DNA of 64,000 nt from assembly GCA_963733195.1 (NCBI GenBank), contig CAVTCR010000006.1, forward strand, positions 39,947-103,946, written 5' to 3'. The position numbers and the translations under genes are program-made. Shown in pieces: positions 31,833 through 42,667 of the stretch. Source of the DNA: an uncultured delta proteobacterium (GTDB lineage: Bacteria; Desulfobacterota; Binatia; Bin18). How positions within the stretch are numbered: position 1 is the first letter of the stretch; every line of letters begins with the position of its first letter. The notes below the pieces were generated by a model. It did not search any database. It had not been told where the DNA came from and was given only the letters and a program-made list of their open reading frames with translations.

Positions 31833-32291
31833 CTAGTGACCTCGTAGATGTTCCTCGGTTTTATTGGTCATTTCTTTTGTGGCATCACCGGCAGACTTGG
31901 CTGCATCGCCCACAGCTTGAGCTGCATCGCCCACGGTACCCACTGCGGCAGCGGCCGTGTCTTTCGCAGCTTGTTTTGCTGCATCGGTAGCGTTGCCGAG
32001 TTGCTGCTTCGTCGCATCAACTGCGTGTTCCACAGTTTCCGAAGCTGCTTGCGTCGCACTTGATGCTGCATTCTTTGCTGCTTCTGCTGTATCGCTGGCT
32101 GCCTGTTTTGCCGCGTCTACTGCCTGGCCGGTTTTCTCTGCCGCCGTTGCTGCTTTCTCCTTCGCCGCGTCAATCATACCTTTCCCGGTTTCAGTTGCCT
32201 GTTCATTCGTGCAACCTCCAAGGTTAACTAGCGCAATCCCGCCGGCGATGACGGCTGCGAACGTAAACCGTGTAAAATTCCTCTGCTTCAT
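31833..32291 (-). CDS. Ala/Thr/Lys-rich repetitive lipoprotein (LEA-like)
   Basis: LGGC lipobox, repeated DAAKQAA units. Confidence 0.75.
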   Translation of the reverse strand: MKQRNFTRFTFAAVIAGGIALVNLGGCTNEQATETGKGMIDAAKEKAATAAEKTGQAVDAAKQAASDTAEAAKNAASSATQAASETVEHAVDATKQQLGNATDAAKQAAKDTAAAAVGTVGDAAQAVGDAAKSAGDATKEMTNKTEEHLRGH

Positions 32292-32464
32292 CGTGTCCCT
32301 CTTCACCTAGCAAATTGCTAAGATTATCTATTTTAGCCCCATCCCTTCTCTCTTAAACTCTTTCTTTTTCTGGTGCAAGTAAAAAATTATGTCTCTATGA
32401 GACAAAACAGAACAAAGGCGAATCTCCCATAAGCATCTTGCGGAGGAAATGGCGGCTGTCCCCG

Positions 32465-33781
32465 CTACTTGTCTGTGCCAATAATTTTCTCGCCGCGATA
32501 GCTCTTGGCTAAGATTTCGATTGGATTTAATGGTTTGCGTCCGGTTCCTTGTTGAATTTGGATGGCTGCCATCGGACAATCCGAGCAGCTTACATCTGGT
32601 TCGGCATTGGTGATGTCACGGAACGCCTTTCCTCCCCACTTGAGCGAGGCCTCAAAGTTTTCTTTCTTCATAGCCCAGGTGCCATCGTGTCCCGAACAAG
32701 CTTCGATCATTTCTACTTTAGTGTCTGGCAGAAGTGAGAGTACGTCACGAGTTTTATAGCCGATGTTCTGTGTGCGCAGATGGCACGGCATGTGATAGGC
32801 CACTTTACCAGCACCGGTTTTGAAGTCGCGATTGAGTTTTTTCTGACTCGCAAGCGATGCGAGAAACTCCGTAGGGTCGGTTGTCTTTTTTGCCACCGCT
32901 TTGGCATCCTCAGTTCCCAAGAGGCGTGGATACTCTACCCGCAACATTTGCGAACAGGTAGGATTGGTAGCAACAATCGTCCGCCCTTCGTTGACATGGG
33001 GCAGGAGCGAGGCTACGTTCTTCCGTGCTGCGTCAATCGCACCATCCATGTTTCCATTGTGCCACAATGGCATTCCGCAACATTGCTCGTACGCGAAAGC
33101 GACATCGACCTTATTGCGCGCCATCACTTCCAGTGTGTCCATCCCTAACCCAGGGGCATTGTAATTCACAAAACATGTAGAAAAGAATGCAATCTTAGCG
33201 ACAGGCTCCCCCTCTGGATTTTTCCATGAGGAGCGAAACCGCGCGGCAAAGGTCTTCCACGCAAACGGAGGTAACTTCTTGTCTTTGTGAATGCCCAACG
33301 CTCCTTGCATAAAGAGACGGTGAACTTTGTTCTCGTTTGCCCAATTTGCGATTGGCGCGGTCCACCGTGCAAACTTGCCGATCAGATCGGGGTTACCCAA
33401 TATGCGATCTTGCAGCGATACGCCATTCTTCTTAACCTCAATGGCCTTCGCTCGGGCTATCAGTCGCGGAAAATCGATTGCCCATTCATGGTTATTGCTT
33501 GGAGTGTACGGACAGTTGATGTCACACAGCTTGCACTGGAAACAGAGATCGACGACCGTTTTGACATCCTCGGCTTTGAACTTTTTGATATCGACCTCGG
33601 CATACTTATCGTCGGTACAGTAACTATCAACCGCATCGAAGAGCTTAGGAAAACTACCGCAGAATTTGTTGCACAGACGACAGTCCGAACAGAGATTAAA
33701 AATGCGTTCCACTTCCGAGCGTAAATCCTTCTCATCGTAGTAACGGGAATCAATAGGGTCATAAGCTGGGGCATTATGCAT
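32465..33781 (-). CDS. GlpC/HdrD-like Fe-S oxidoreductase
   Basis: CxxCxxCxxxC motifs, CCG motif, YHMPCH, CSGHDG. Confidence 0.88.
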   Translation of the reverse strand: MHNAPAYDPIDSRYYDEKDLRSEVERIFNLCSDCRLCNKFCGSFPKLFDAVDSYCTDDKYAEVDIKKFKAEDVKTVVDLCFQCKLCDINCPYTPSNNHEWAIDFPRLIARAKAIEVKKNGVSLQDRILGNPDLIGKFARWTAPIANWANENKVHRLFMQGALGIHKDKKLPPFAWKTFAARFRSSWKNPEGEPVAKIAFFSTCFVNYNAPGLGMDTLEVMARNKVDVAFAYEQCCGMPLWHNGNMDGAIDAARKNVASLLPHVNEGRTIVATNPTCSQMLRVEYPRLLGTEDAKAVAKKTTDPTEFLASLASQKKLNRDFKTGAGKVAYHMPCHLRTQNIGYKTRDVLSLLPDTKVEMIEACSGHDGTWAMKKENFEASLKWGGKAFRDITNAEPDVSCSDCPMAAIQIQQGTGRKPLNPIEILAKSYRGEKIIGTDK

Positions 33782-34006
33782 TGCTTTGCTCTCTTTCTAG
33801 GGCGGTAGTTCCACGCAAACTTGTACGGAAGATCCGCGTCCTCATCTGTCTTCGTATCGACAGAGGGAGTCTGTTGGCAATCCCCTCTGTGAATAATTCA
33901 GAAAAGTGGTCGTCAATCGTCTAGACGCCTTCGTTGTCTTCATTTCCTTGTGTACAATTCTGAGCAGTGCCGCTGTGAAACAGTGCAGAGTAAGGATCGT
34001 GGACTT

Positions 34007-34738
34007 ATGAAGAAGCTTTATGTGCTGGTCGTTGCCCTCGCCATGATGGTCACACTGAGTGTGGTATCACCAGCAGTTGCGCAAACGCCAGAGAAGACTC
34101 GTTATGAAATTACCGTGACGAACCTGACACGTGGACAACATTTCACCCCACCCTTTGTCGTGATCCATAAGCCGGGAGTTAAACTCTTCACCTTAGGCGA
34201 GCCAGTCAGTCCACAATTGATGGCCTTGATTGAAGATGCTAGCCCGAACGCCCTCGGCGTATTGCTTGCTAGTTTACCGGAAGTGAAGGAGGTTATTACC
34301 GCAGCGACACCGCCGGCGAACGCGCTCATTGATCCGGGAAAGTCCGGTACGGTGACGGTTGAGACAAGCGCAGATTTCAATCAGATCAGCTTTGTCTCCT
34401 CATTGGTGCCGACGAACGACGCCTTCATTGCAGTAAACGGGATTGCTGGACCAAAAGGGGATACTACTCTTTCGCTTTTTGTCCCAGTCTATGACGCTGG
34501 GAGCGAGCGCAATGATGAACTGTGTGCCTCGATTTTTGGTCCGTCCCTCACTGAGTGTGGAGGTGCTGGAGGTGGAGGCCGTCCAGGTGGAGGCGAGGGG
34601 TTTGTTTATATTCATAACGGAATTCATGGCGTTGGGAATCTCAATGCTGCTCTGCGAGACTGGCGTAATCCTGTGGCGCGAATTCTCATTCGTCAGCTCG
34701 GAGCGACTGAGCCAATTGCTGCTGGGGTAGACCTCTAG
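34007..34738 (+). CDS. Secreted spondin-domain protein
   Basis: Signal peptide; YEITVTNLT.GQ.FTP, LVPTNDAF, YDAGSE.NDE. Confidence 0.85.
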   Translation: MKKLYVLVVALAMMVTLSVVSPAVAQTPEKTRYEITVTNLTRGQHFTPPFVVIHKPGVKLFTLGEPVSPQLMALIEDASPNALGVLLASLPEVKEVITAATPPANALIDPGKSGTVTVETSADFNQISFVSSLVPTNDAFIAVNGIAGPKGDTTLSLFVPVYDAGSERNDELCASIFGPSLTECGGAGGGGRPGGGEGFVYIHNGIHGVGNLNAALRDWRNPVARILIRQLGATEPIAAGVDL

Positions 34739-34781
34739 TCTGGGATGGTCAATATAAGGGGAAAACAGAATCATATGTGAG

Positions 34782-36094
34782 ATGAAGATTTCTGATACTT
34801 TTCTCCCCGTGCCTCTGCTTGAAGATCCAGTTCGCTCTTACCGTTTATTGCACCCTTCCTTTAATCCAGACTTTTACGATAATCGCCTCATTCACGGTGA
34901 TAATCTGCCTGCCCTTCATGCGCTAGCGGAGGAATTCGCAGGTACGATCAAATGTATCTACATCGACCCACCATATAATACCGGCAATTTGTTTCCGCAT
35001 TATCGTGATGGTCTCCGACATGAACGCTGGCTTGACATGATGCGGCCACGTTTGGAGTTGCTGTGGGGACTGCTGCGGGACGATGGCTTTCTTGTCGTAC
35101 AAATCGACGACAATGAATTTGCCCGCCTGTATCTTCTTATGGTGGAGATCTGTCGGGAACAAAACCTGAAAGTGATTGTGGTGAAGATGGCCGAGCCGAC
35201 TGGGGTGAAAATGTCGCAGGTTGTGAAGAGTGGCGGTATCGCGCGACTGAAGGAGTACATGATCCTTGCCGGGAAGTCCGGTATCCGCGGCTTGCACTTG
35301 AACGTATCGCCAAAGATGCCTGGGATGGAGAGTACAGAACAGTAGTCGATAACGTCAGCCGCTCTGAGATCACGCAGCTCAAGGAGATAATTGCCAACAA
35401 GAAACGAACAGTAGCTGAGATGCAACGTGCCGATATGATCTGCGGGAAGTTCGTTTTTCTGACCGCGGAAGAAATGTATCACCGCGAACAGACTGGCTCT
35501 CCCACCAAGACGTGGCTGCAAGAAAACGCCTGGCGCATTGTGCGAACCTGTGCGACTACAACTATTGCAAAGCGCTTAGCTGATCAAAAGCGGACATTGC
35601 TTAAGCCCTACGCGGCAGCATTTGCGATTGAGACGCCACAGCACAATTTGTATGTCATCAAACGAGACTACAATGTGCAGATGGCACAGCCACGTATTCG
35701 CTTGCTCTTTGCTGATGACTATTTGACTGTACATCCTGGTGATTTCTGGCAAGACATTAAAACCACGGGCCTGGGGGATGAAGGGGGAGTTGATTTTACC
35801 AGTGGCAAAAAACCAGAGGCGTTGCTGAAGCGCATTATCGGTATGGCAACGCAACCAGGAGATTGGGTGCTCGATGCCTTTGCTGGGTCAGGAACAACTG
35901 GTGCAGTTGCTCACAAAATGAGACGGCAATGGATTATGATCGAATCTGGCGAACACTGTCATTCGCATATTCTCCCGCGTCTTCGCCGGGTGATTGATGG
36001 AACCGACCAGCAGGGAATCAGCCAGGCGATGAAATGGAAGGGAGGAGGAGGATGGCGATATTTTCGCGTGAAGAATGTAGGAGACAAAAGGTAG
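34782..36094 (+). CDS. Beta-class adenine DNA methyltransferase, type III Mod-like (frameshifted)
   Basis: LIHGDNL, YIDPPYN, KKPEALLKRII, LDAFAGSGTTGAVA; split near 35300. Confidence 0.88.
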
Positions 36095-36134
36095 AAGACA
36101 GGAGAAGAAATGGAAAGACAGCCAGCACAGACTT

Positions 36135-36404
36135 TTATTTTGAGGCTGCTAGTTGTTGGCGGAGAAGATCGCTCGCAAGATGGCTGACGGTGACCTTCTT
36201 CCGCCGGGCCTTGATTTGAAGGGCCTTAACAATATCCGCCTCAACTTCAATTTCGTAGTGACGACTTCTGAATTTGGCCTTCACTTCGACTGTTCGGAAA
36301 GCATCTGGATAGTCTGTCGTATCATGAGTATCCCAAAACTCCGCCGCTTCCTCGTAGCTAGCGAATTCTTCTGGAATAGGATCAACGTGTTTTCTTTTGC
36401 GCAT
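36135..36404 (-). CDS. BrnA/CopG-like antitoxin
   Basis: [23 protein letters not shown] plus RHH-like C-terminus. Confidence 0.85.
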   Translation of the reverse strand: MRKRKHVDPIPEEFASYEEAAEFWDTHDTTDYPDAFRTVEVKAKFRSRHYEIEVEADIVKALQIKARRKKVTVSHLASDLLRQQLAASK

Positions 36405-36678
36405 GGTAATATTTCCGTTCAGACGAGGTCATATCGCGAGCAGAAATCGGTAGAGCGGCAACACGCCGCTTGCGGATAAAGAAGACAATCAGGTATCTGC
36501 CCGCTGAAGTTTGTCCGTAGGCAGCGTACAAATGTTCATCTCTTACCCGTCCCTTTTCGGCCAGGCGAACATGGGGCTGTGAAAACAGAACTTCTTCGGC
36601 TTCTTCCGTCGTAACCCCATGCTTGAATGCCAGCTTCTCGACGAACTGATCTTTCCAGATAACGTCGTAGAGCCGCAA
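36382..36678 (-). CDS. BrnT-family toxin
   Basis: W....EKL..KHGV..EEAEEV, GQT.AGRYL.VFF, PISARDM...ERK.Y; TTG start after GGAGG. Confidence 0.85.
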   Translation of the reverse strand: MRLYDVIWKDQFVEKLAFKHGVTTEEAEEVLFSQPHVRLAEKGRVRDEHLYAAYGQTSAGRYLIVFFIRKRRVAALPISARDMTSSERKYYHAQKKTR

Positions 36679-36786
36679 GCCTCCTCCTCTCGTGTAGTGT
36701 TGCCGCCGTACCCTTTCCGGGATGAGATCATGGCAGTTTATGCGGAATATTGCCAGGCTTTGTTCGGTCAGCCTGCAGAGCAAATT

Positions 36787-36813
36787 CTGGATTCCCGCTT
36801 TCGCGGGAATGAC
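36787..36813. repeat. REP-like palindrome (GTCATTCCCGCGAAAGCGGGAATCCAG family)
   Basis: CTGGATTCCCGCTTTCGCGGGAATGAC; degenerate copy at 37868-37893. Confidence 0.75.
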
Positions 36814-36918
36814 GCCGCCCTCATCCGCCCCGCAAAACTATTGCAGCGGACCACTGGGTACCCGGCCCTATCCGAGGTAGACGATACGATATATCAACGG
36901 GAAACGAGGCAATATGAG

Positions 36919-37816
36919 ATGATTGAGCGAGCGGACCGGTTGAGAGGATTGCTGTTGATGACAGCGGCTGGGCTCTGCTGGAGTACTGGTGGGATTCTGT
37001 GCGTTCAGTGACAGTGACAGATGCGTGGGAGATCGTCTTTTGGCGTGCGTTGTTTATGGCGTTGTTTATCGGCGTATTTCTGATCGCTGCGGTATGGAAG
37101 CCGAGACAGTCTCGTATATTACTGCTGTTGGTTTTCCAGGGTTATTGGCTGGCGCTTTGCTTGCCTCGTCTTTTTTCCTGTTCATCCTGTCGGTGATGCG
37201 TACCACCGTGGCGAATTCGCTGTTCTTGATGAGTACCTCACCGTTTGTTGCTGCACTGTTTGGGTGGCTCTTCCTCAACGAGCAGGTTCGCGTCGCACCG
37301 CTATTGCGATGACGGCCAGTCTCGTTGGAATTGCGCTTATGTTCGCTGATGCCTTTGGTTCTGGCGGGGCGCTGAGTGGCAATCTCCTTGCCTGTGGGGT
37401 ACCGCTGGCTTTCGGAGCGAACGTCATCCTGTTGCGCAAGATGGGAGCCTCTGTCGATATGGTTCCAACTGTGTTGCTTGGCTGGGCTGATTGCGATTCC
37501 GATCGCATTGCCGATGGGCTGGCCACTCACTGCCTCATGGCATGATGTCGGTGTACTGGCGGTGATGGGAATTTTTCAACTTGGCATGGGCTGTTTGTTG
37601 TTGACCCTAGCCGCGCCCCATCTTTCTGCTGTGGAAATAGGCCTTCTGTCTCTACTCGAAACGATCCTCGGTCCAGTGTGGGTCTGGTTAGGCGTTGGTG
37701 AACGGCCAAGTGACACCGCGCTCCTTGGCGGATTGGTCGTTTTGTCCTCTCTGGTAGTGAATCAACTGGCGGGACTACGGAATGTTTCTCTTATTGCTTC
37801 TCCTGCTTCCCGATGA
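36919..37816 (+). CDS. DMT/EamA transporter (frameshifted)
   Basis: Ten hydrophobic segments, TSPFVAALFGWLFL.E, LLETILGPVWVWL..GE.P. Confidence 0.85.
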
Positions 37817-37966
37817 AGGTAGAAGAAAGTCGTGCGCTGTCAGCATGATTTTGAGAAACCCGTCTTCGTCATTACCGCACAAGCAGGAATGACGAACCTG
37901 CAGCCATGCGAGTTCTGTCGGAGCCCCACCTTCTTTTCTAAGAGGCTGCTGAATACTCTCCCATCA

Positions 37967-38043
37967 CCTTTCGACGGGCTCAGGATGAATGGCTTAGCAG
38001 TCAAAAAAGTTGAATATTTCCACTTGTGCTGAGCTTGTCGAAG
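37967..38043. repeat. REP-like element (CTTCGAC..GCTCAG / CTGAGC..GTCGAAG)
   Basis: Inverted arms TTCGACGGGCTCAG / CTGAGCTTGTCGAA. Confidence 0.7.
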
Positions 38044-38116
38044 TGCGCGATTCTCTCTTCAGTAAATCTGTGAGGTCCTCGACCCTTTTGTCTCTACGCG
38101 CTACTATGCCGCGCCG

Positions 38117-39703
38117 ATGACAACGGCAGCTCAGTCTTCACGTATCATGCAACACGCTACAAATGTCACTCCGCCGCAATGGTTTGTCCGAGGTGATATT
38201 GATGGTTTCTTTGGTCTTTTTATCGACAACCTGCTGCAGCTCATGTTGATTGCGGTGTTGTGCAAAGTCGTCTGTGGTTTTCCTCCGGAGTTGATCACTG
38301 GTCGTGTGCTTCCTGGTGCAGCAGTTTCGTTGCTGTTGGGTAATCTTTTTTACTCGTGGCAAGCACGGGAGCTGATGCGCCAAACAGGTCGTACTGATGT
38401 GACTGCACTGCCGTATGGCATCAATACCCCCAGTTTGTTTGCCTATATTTTCTTGATTATGGGACCAGTCTATCAGGAGACGCAGAATGCCACACTGGCT
38501 TGGCAGGCTGGATTGTTTGCGTGTTTGCTCAGCGGGCTGATGGAAACGGCGGGAGCTTTCATTGGCGACTGGATACGACAGAATACGCCTCGCGCAGCGT
38601 TACTCACTGCTCTCGCTGGCATAGCGATTACTTTTATCGCGATGGGCTTCATTTTTCAGATCTTTGCTTCACCGACGATTGCTCTCCTGCCAATGATGAT
38701 GATTCTCGTTACCTATGCTGCAGGAATGAAATCTCTGTTTAATCTTCCCGGTGGCTTTCTCGCTGTCCTTACGGGAGTAGGGTTTGCCTGGCTGTTGCGT
38801 GCTTTGGGTTTCTCTTCGTTTACGCCAGCAGCAGATCCGTACACGTTTGCCATTCATCTCCCGACACCAGTTCCTAGTGACGTCTTCGCTTTGCTTACTA
38901 GTGACACGGGCTGGAAGTATCTGGCAGTGATCTTTCCTATGGGACTATTTAACGTGGTCGGCTCTCTGCAGAACTTGGAAAGTGCGGAAGCGGCAGGCGA
39001 TCGCTACGAGACCAAACCCTCTTTACTAGCGAACGGCATTGGTAGCCTGGCGGCGGCATTCTTTGGCAGTGCCTTTCCGACAACCATTTACATTGGGCAT
39101 CCCGCTTGGAAAGCGATGGGTGCACGCGCAGGCTATTCTGTACTCAACGGTGTGGTGATTACTCTCCTCTGTTTGCTCGGTGGAATTACGCTTGTTCTCA
39201 AGATTGTTCCCATCGAGGCGACCCTTGGCATCCTCTTATGGATCGGCATCATCATTACGGCACAAGCTTTCCAAGAGGTACCCAAGCAGCACGCGCTCGC
39301 TGTTGCCTTCGGCTTGATTCCATCAATAGCAGCATGGGCGTTGTTATTGATCGAAACCAGTGTACGTAAAGCTGGGAAGTCTCTGTTTGAGGTGGTACCG
39401 ACCTTTGGCAACGATTTGTATATTTATGGAGTGATTGCGCTGAATCAAGGATTTCTGCTGAGCGCGATGGTATTGGCTGCTATTCTAGTATTTGTGATCG
39501 AACGCCAATTTTTACGTGCCGCAGGATGGACGCTGGTGGCTGCAGTCTTGTCTGCTGTGGGATTGATTCACGCTTATGAACTAACCCCCGTCGGTGTACA
39601 GAACAAATTTGGTCTGATGGCCGCACCAGACTTTGCCGTGATGTATGCTTTAACTGCTGGGTTTCTGATGCTGGTGCATTTAACTGAGCAGCGGCGGCGA
39701 TAA
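38117..39703 (+). CDS. NCS2/AzgA-like nucleobase permease
   Basis: GDIDGFFGLF.DN, TALPYGINTP, ESAEAAGD, PTTIYIGHP. Confidence 0.88.
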   Translation: MTTAAQSSRIMQHATNVTPPQWFVRGDIDGFFGLFIDNLLQLMLIAVLCKVVCGFPPELITGRVLPGAAVSLLLGNLFYSWQARELMRQTGRTDVTALPYGINTPSLFAYIFLIMGPVYQETQNATLAWQAGLFACLLSGLMETAGAFIGDWIRQNTPRAALLTALAGIAITFIAMGFIFQIFASPTIALLPMMMILVTYAAGMKSLFNLPGGFLAVLTGVGFAWLLRALGFSSFTPAADPYTFAIHLPTPVPSDVFALLTSDTGWKYLAVIFPMGLFNVVGSLQNLESAEAAGDRYETKPSLLANGIGSLAAAFFGSAFPTTIYIGHPAWKAMGARAGYSVLNGVVITLLCLLGGITLVLKIVPIEATLGILLWIGIIITAQAFQEVPKQHALAVAFGLIPSIAAWALLLIETSVRKAGKSLFEVVPTFGNDLYIYGVIALNQGFLLSAMVLAAILVFVIERQFLRAAGWTLVAAVLSAVGLIHAYELTPVGVQNKFGLMAAPDFAVMYALTAGFLMLVHLTEQRRR

Positions 39704-39761
39704 TGAAGTAAACTTTCCCTCTCCCTGGAGGGAGAGGGCACGCCTAGTCGATACGTTGTTA

Positions 39762-40052
39762 TCACCCAATCGGTAGCTTGGTCATTATCGTCAGTGTTTC
39801 GTCTTCGACAATTTCACTAATGCGCGCAGCAGCCTTTTGCATTTCCGGGTCGGATAAGGCAGCTTGCAGTGCGTTCGGATCGGGTAGTTCCCACAAATCA
39901 ACAACTGTATTGAGACGTCCGGCAAAAGTAGCGAAACTCCCAACTAATTTCCAGCCATGTTTGGCCACAACTGGAGTCAACGAGTTGAGCAACGCGATAA
40001 AGTCCTGTTGTTTGCCTGGATACAACTTGATCGACGCCTGTAGATACACCAT
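39762..40052 (-). CDS. NIPSNAP-family protein
   Basis: GWKLVGSF....GRLNTVVDLWEL; GAAGGAGG RBS before ATG 40052. Confidence 0.75.
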   Translation of the reverse strand: MVYLQASIKLYPGKQQDFIALLNSLTPVVAKHGWKLVGSFATFAGRLNTVVDLWELPDPNALQAALSDPEMQKAAARISEIVEDETLTIMTKLPIG

Positions 40053-40161
40053 AGTGAGCCCTCCTTCATGAGATATGGGCTCAGTTAGCACCAGGAGGAA
40101 AGCTGTGTCAAGATTGACGTGAACCACAAGCAAGACACAAGCGTATGAAAGGAGAAGAGGT

Positions 40162-40920
40162 ATGGATCTCGGTCTCAAGGGGAAAAAAGCAATTATCACT
40201 GGCGGTAGCCGGGGCATTGGCCGTTCGATTACTGAATTGTTCCTCGACGAAGGGATGAGTGTCGCAATCTGTGCGCGTAAAGCCGAGGGACTCCAGCAAG
40301 CTGTAGACGAACTCCAAGCCAAAGGTGGCAAGGTGGTTGCCAAAGCTGTCGATGTCAGTAGCGCGACCGACTACAAAGCCTTTATCGCCGAAGCCGCGGG
40401 AGCGCTCGGAGGACTCGATGTGTTCGTTCACAACGTGAGCGCGATGGTAGGCGTTGATGAAAAAGGTTGGGAACGTAGTTTTCAGATCGACATGATGGGA
40501 GCGGTGCGCGGTGTTGAGGCGGCGCAGCCATTCTTGGAGAAGTCTGGTGAAGCCAGTGTGATCTTCATTGGAACCACCGCAGCGGTCGAGAATTTTGGTC
40601 CGCCGAACTCCTATAGTGCACTTAAGGCAGGGCTGCTGGCGTATACGAACGACCTCGGCCAAGCGCTGGCGCCGAAAGGTATTCGTGTGAATACCGTGTC
40701 TCCAGGGTCAATTTACTTCAAGGGTGGAGCCTGGGACCGGGTCGAGAAAAACATGCCCGACTATTATGAAAAAGTGCGCAAGTCGATTCCTTTCGGTCGT
40801 CTTGGCAAACCCGAAGAAATTGCGCGTGTCGTTGCTTTCATGGCGAGTCCGATGGCGAGTTGGGTCACTGGCACCCATATCATTGTTGACGGTGGGCAAC
40901 ACAAGGGAGTGGATCTCTAA
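40162..40920 (+). CDS. SDR-family oxidoreductase
   Basis: TGGSRGIG, YSALK, IRVNTVSPG. Confidence 0.92.
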   Translation: MDLGLKGKKAIITGGSRGIGRSITELFLDEGMSVAICARKAEGLQQAVDELQAKGGKVVAKAVDVSSATDYKAFIAEAAGALGGLDVFVHNVSAMVGVDEKGWERSFQIDMMGAVRGVEAAQPFLEKSGEASVIFIGTTAAVENFGPPNSYSALKAGLLAYTNDLGQALAPKGIRVNTVSPGSIYFKGGAWDRVEKNMPDYYEKVRKSIPFGRLGKPEEIARVVAFMASPMASWVTGTHIIVDGGQHKGVDL

Positions 40921-40968
40921 AGCGAACCGCTCCACATTGGTGTACTGTCTGATGTAACTCTTCACTAT

Positions 40969-41030
40969 TGTCATTCTGAGAGGAGCGAAGAATCTCGCTG
41001 AGAGACCCTTCGTTGCACTCAGGGTGACAG
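40969..41030. repeat. REP-like element (GTCATTCTGAG..GAAGAATCT family)
   Basis: TGTCATTCTGAG...CTCAGGGTGACA inverted arms. Confidence 0.75.
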
Positions 41031-41075
41031 CCTTAGGGTGCCAATCCTTATAACGTACGGAAACACAAGACGAGG

Positions 41076-41987
41076 ATGAATGGAATGAGTAAAGAACGCG
41101 AGTTGGCCAAGGCCTTTCGTGTCACTAATGGTAAACAGTTTCAACTAAAGGGTTGTGATCCTGGCGATACCCGCGGGCTCAAGTCTAAGGAAAAAGCCCA
41201 AGAAGCACTTGCTCAAGGCATCCTCCGGCTCCGCGAAGATCAAGAAAAACTCTATGCGCAAGATCGCTGGGCGTTGCTCCTGATTTTTCAAGCAATGGAC
41301 GCTGCGGGAAAGGACAGCACGATTGAACACGTGATGTCCGGTGTGAATCCGCAGGGGTGCCAGGTCTATTCATTTAAGGCTCCTTCAGCAGAGGAACTCG
41401 ACCACGATTTTATGTGGCGGACAACGCGGTGCCTTCCTGAGCGTGGACGCATTGGCATCTTCAATCGCTCGTACTACGAGGAAGTATTAGTGGTACGAGT
41501 TCATCCTGAGATCCTTGCCAAGCAAAGGCTTCCGGAAGAACTAGTGACAAAAGACATTTGGCAAGAACGGTACGAAGATATCAAAATGTTCGAGCGTTAT
41601 CTGTCTCGCAACGGTACGGTGATCCGCAAGTTCTTCTTGCACGTGTCCAAAAAAGAACAGAAGCAACGTTTCCTGGATCGACTCGCGGAACCGGAGAAAA
41701 ACTGGAAGTTTGCCTTACAGGATGTAAAAGAACGCGAACAGTGGGATGACTATATGCGAGCGTATGAAGATATGATCCGCAGTACCAGCACCGAGCACGC
41801 ACCGTGGTATGTGATCCCGGCGGATCACAAATGGTTTACACGTTTGGCAGTTGCTGAAGTGATTGCGGATACGCTGGAAGATCTGAAACTCAGCTTTCCA
41901 CAAGTCAATGCCGAGAAGAAGAAAGAGCTTGAGGCCGCCCGTGCGCTGCTGAAGAGGGAGGCAAACAGCGAGCAGAAGTCGTTGTAG
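41076..41987 (+). CDS. ppk2: Polyphosphate kinase 2 (class III-like)
   Basis: QAMDAAGKD, FKAPS.EELDHD, IFNRSYYEEVL, PADHKW. Confidence 0.93.
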   Translation: MNGMSKERELAKAFRVTNGKQFQLKGCDPGDTRGLKSKEKAQEALAQGILRLREDQEKLYAQDRWALLLIFQAMDAAGKDSTIEHVMSGVNPQGCQVYSFKAPSAEELDHDFMWRTTRCLPERGRIGIFNRSYYEEVLVVRVHPEILAKQRLPEELVTKDIWQERYEDIKMFERYLSRNGTVIRKFFLHVSKKEQKQRFLDRLAEPEKNWKFALQDVKEREQWDDYMRAYEDMIRSTSTEHAPWYVIPADHKWFTRLAVAEVIADTLEDLKLSFPQVNAEKKKELEAARALLKREANSEQKSL

Positions 41988-42004
41988 GGTGAGTATAGTC
42001 TTTC

Positions 42005-42061
42005 CTGGGAGCACGACCGTCTCGGTCGCTTCCGACGCGGGCGTCCCGCCCGCGCTCCCAG
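42005..42061. repeat. REP-like palindrome between convergent genes
   Basis: CTGGGAGC...GCTCCCAG arms with internal hairpins. Confidence 0.6.
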
Positions 42062-42063
42062 AC

Positions 42064-42556
42064 TTAGGCTCGCTCAAATTTCACACGCAACGCCTGCAAT
42101 CCGCGTAGGATGAAACTTGGAGCGTGAGTAAAATCATTCTTATCCGGTACGAGCCGGATGTTGGTGAGACGACTGAGTAGCGTCTCAAAAGCAATCTTTC
42201 CTCCAGGCGGGCCAAAGGTACACCCAGGCAAAATGATACCGACACCAAAAGCCAAGTGATTTTTGGTATTGGCTCGGCAAACGTCAAACTGCTCGGCGTC
42301 GGGAAACTGCGTGTCATCGCGGTTGCCTGCCGCATACATCTTGTGGCGGTTCCTTGCGCACTCCAGGTCCGGTCTTTGAAGAAAATAACTCCGGATGAGT
42401 CAAAACAAACTGGAGGTCCTCATAGCGACTGACGATGAAGAATCCCATTCCCGGTACTTCGTACACCGGCGCCTCGCGACGCATGGCCGCGTAGAACGGG
42501 TAGGGGCACTCAACCGTTTCGGGAGCGAAGGGGTTGAATTCAGAGACTAACGACAT
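42064..42556 (-). pseudogene. Cytochrome P450 with a large internal deletion
   Basis: N-terminus (PYPFYAAMRREAPV..VSRYED) joined directly to the C-terminus (A.NRD..F..., HLAFG.G.(H)FCLG..LARLE); only about 165 codons remain. Confidence 0.85.
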
Positions 42557-42667
42557 GAGAGGCCTCCGTGCGTGTTTGTCTTGATTCCTATAGCATCACG
42601 CGTGGTGGGTGAGAACAGTACAGTACGGGTTGTGACTAACTCCGTTTACCCGTGAAGGAGAGTACCA

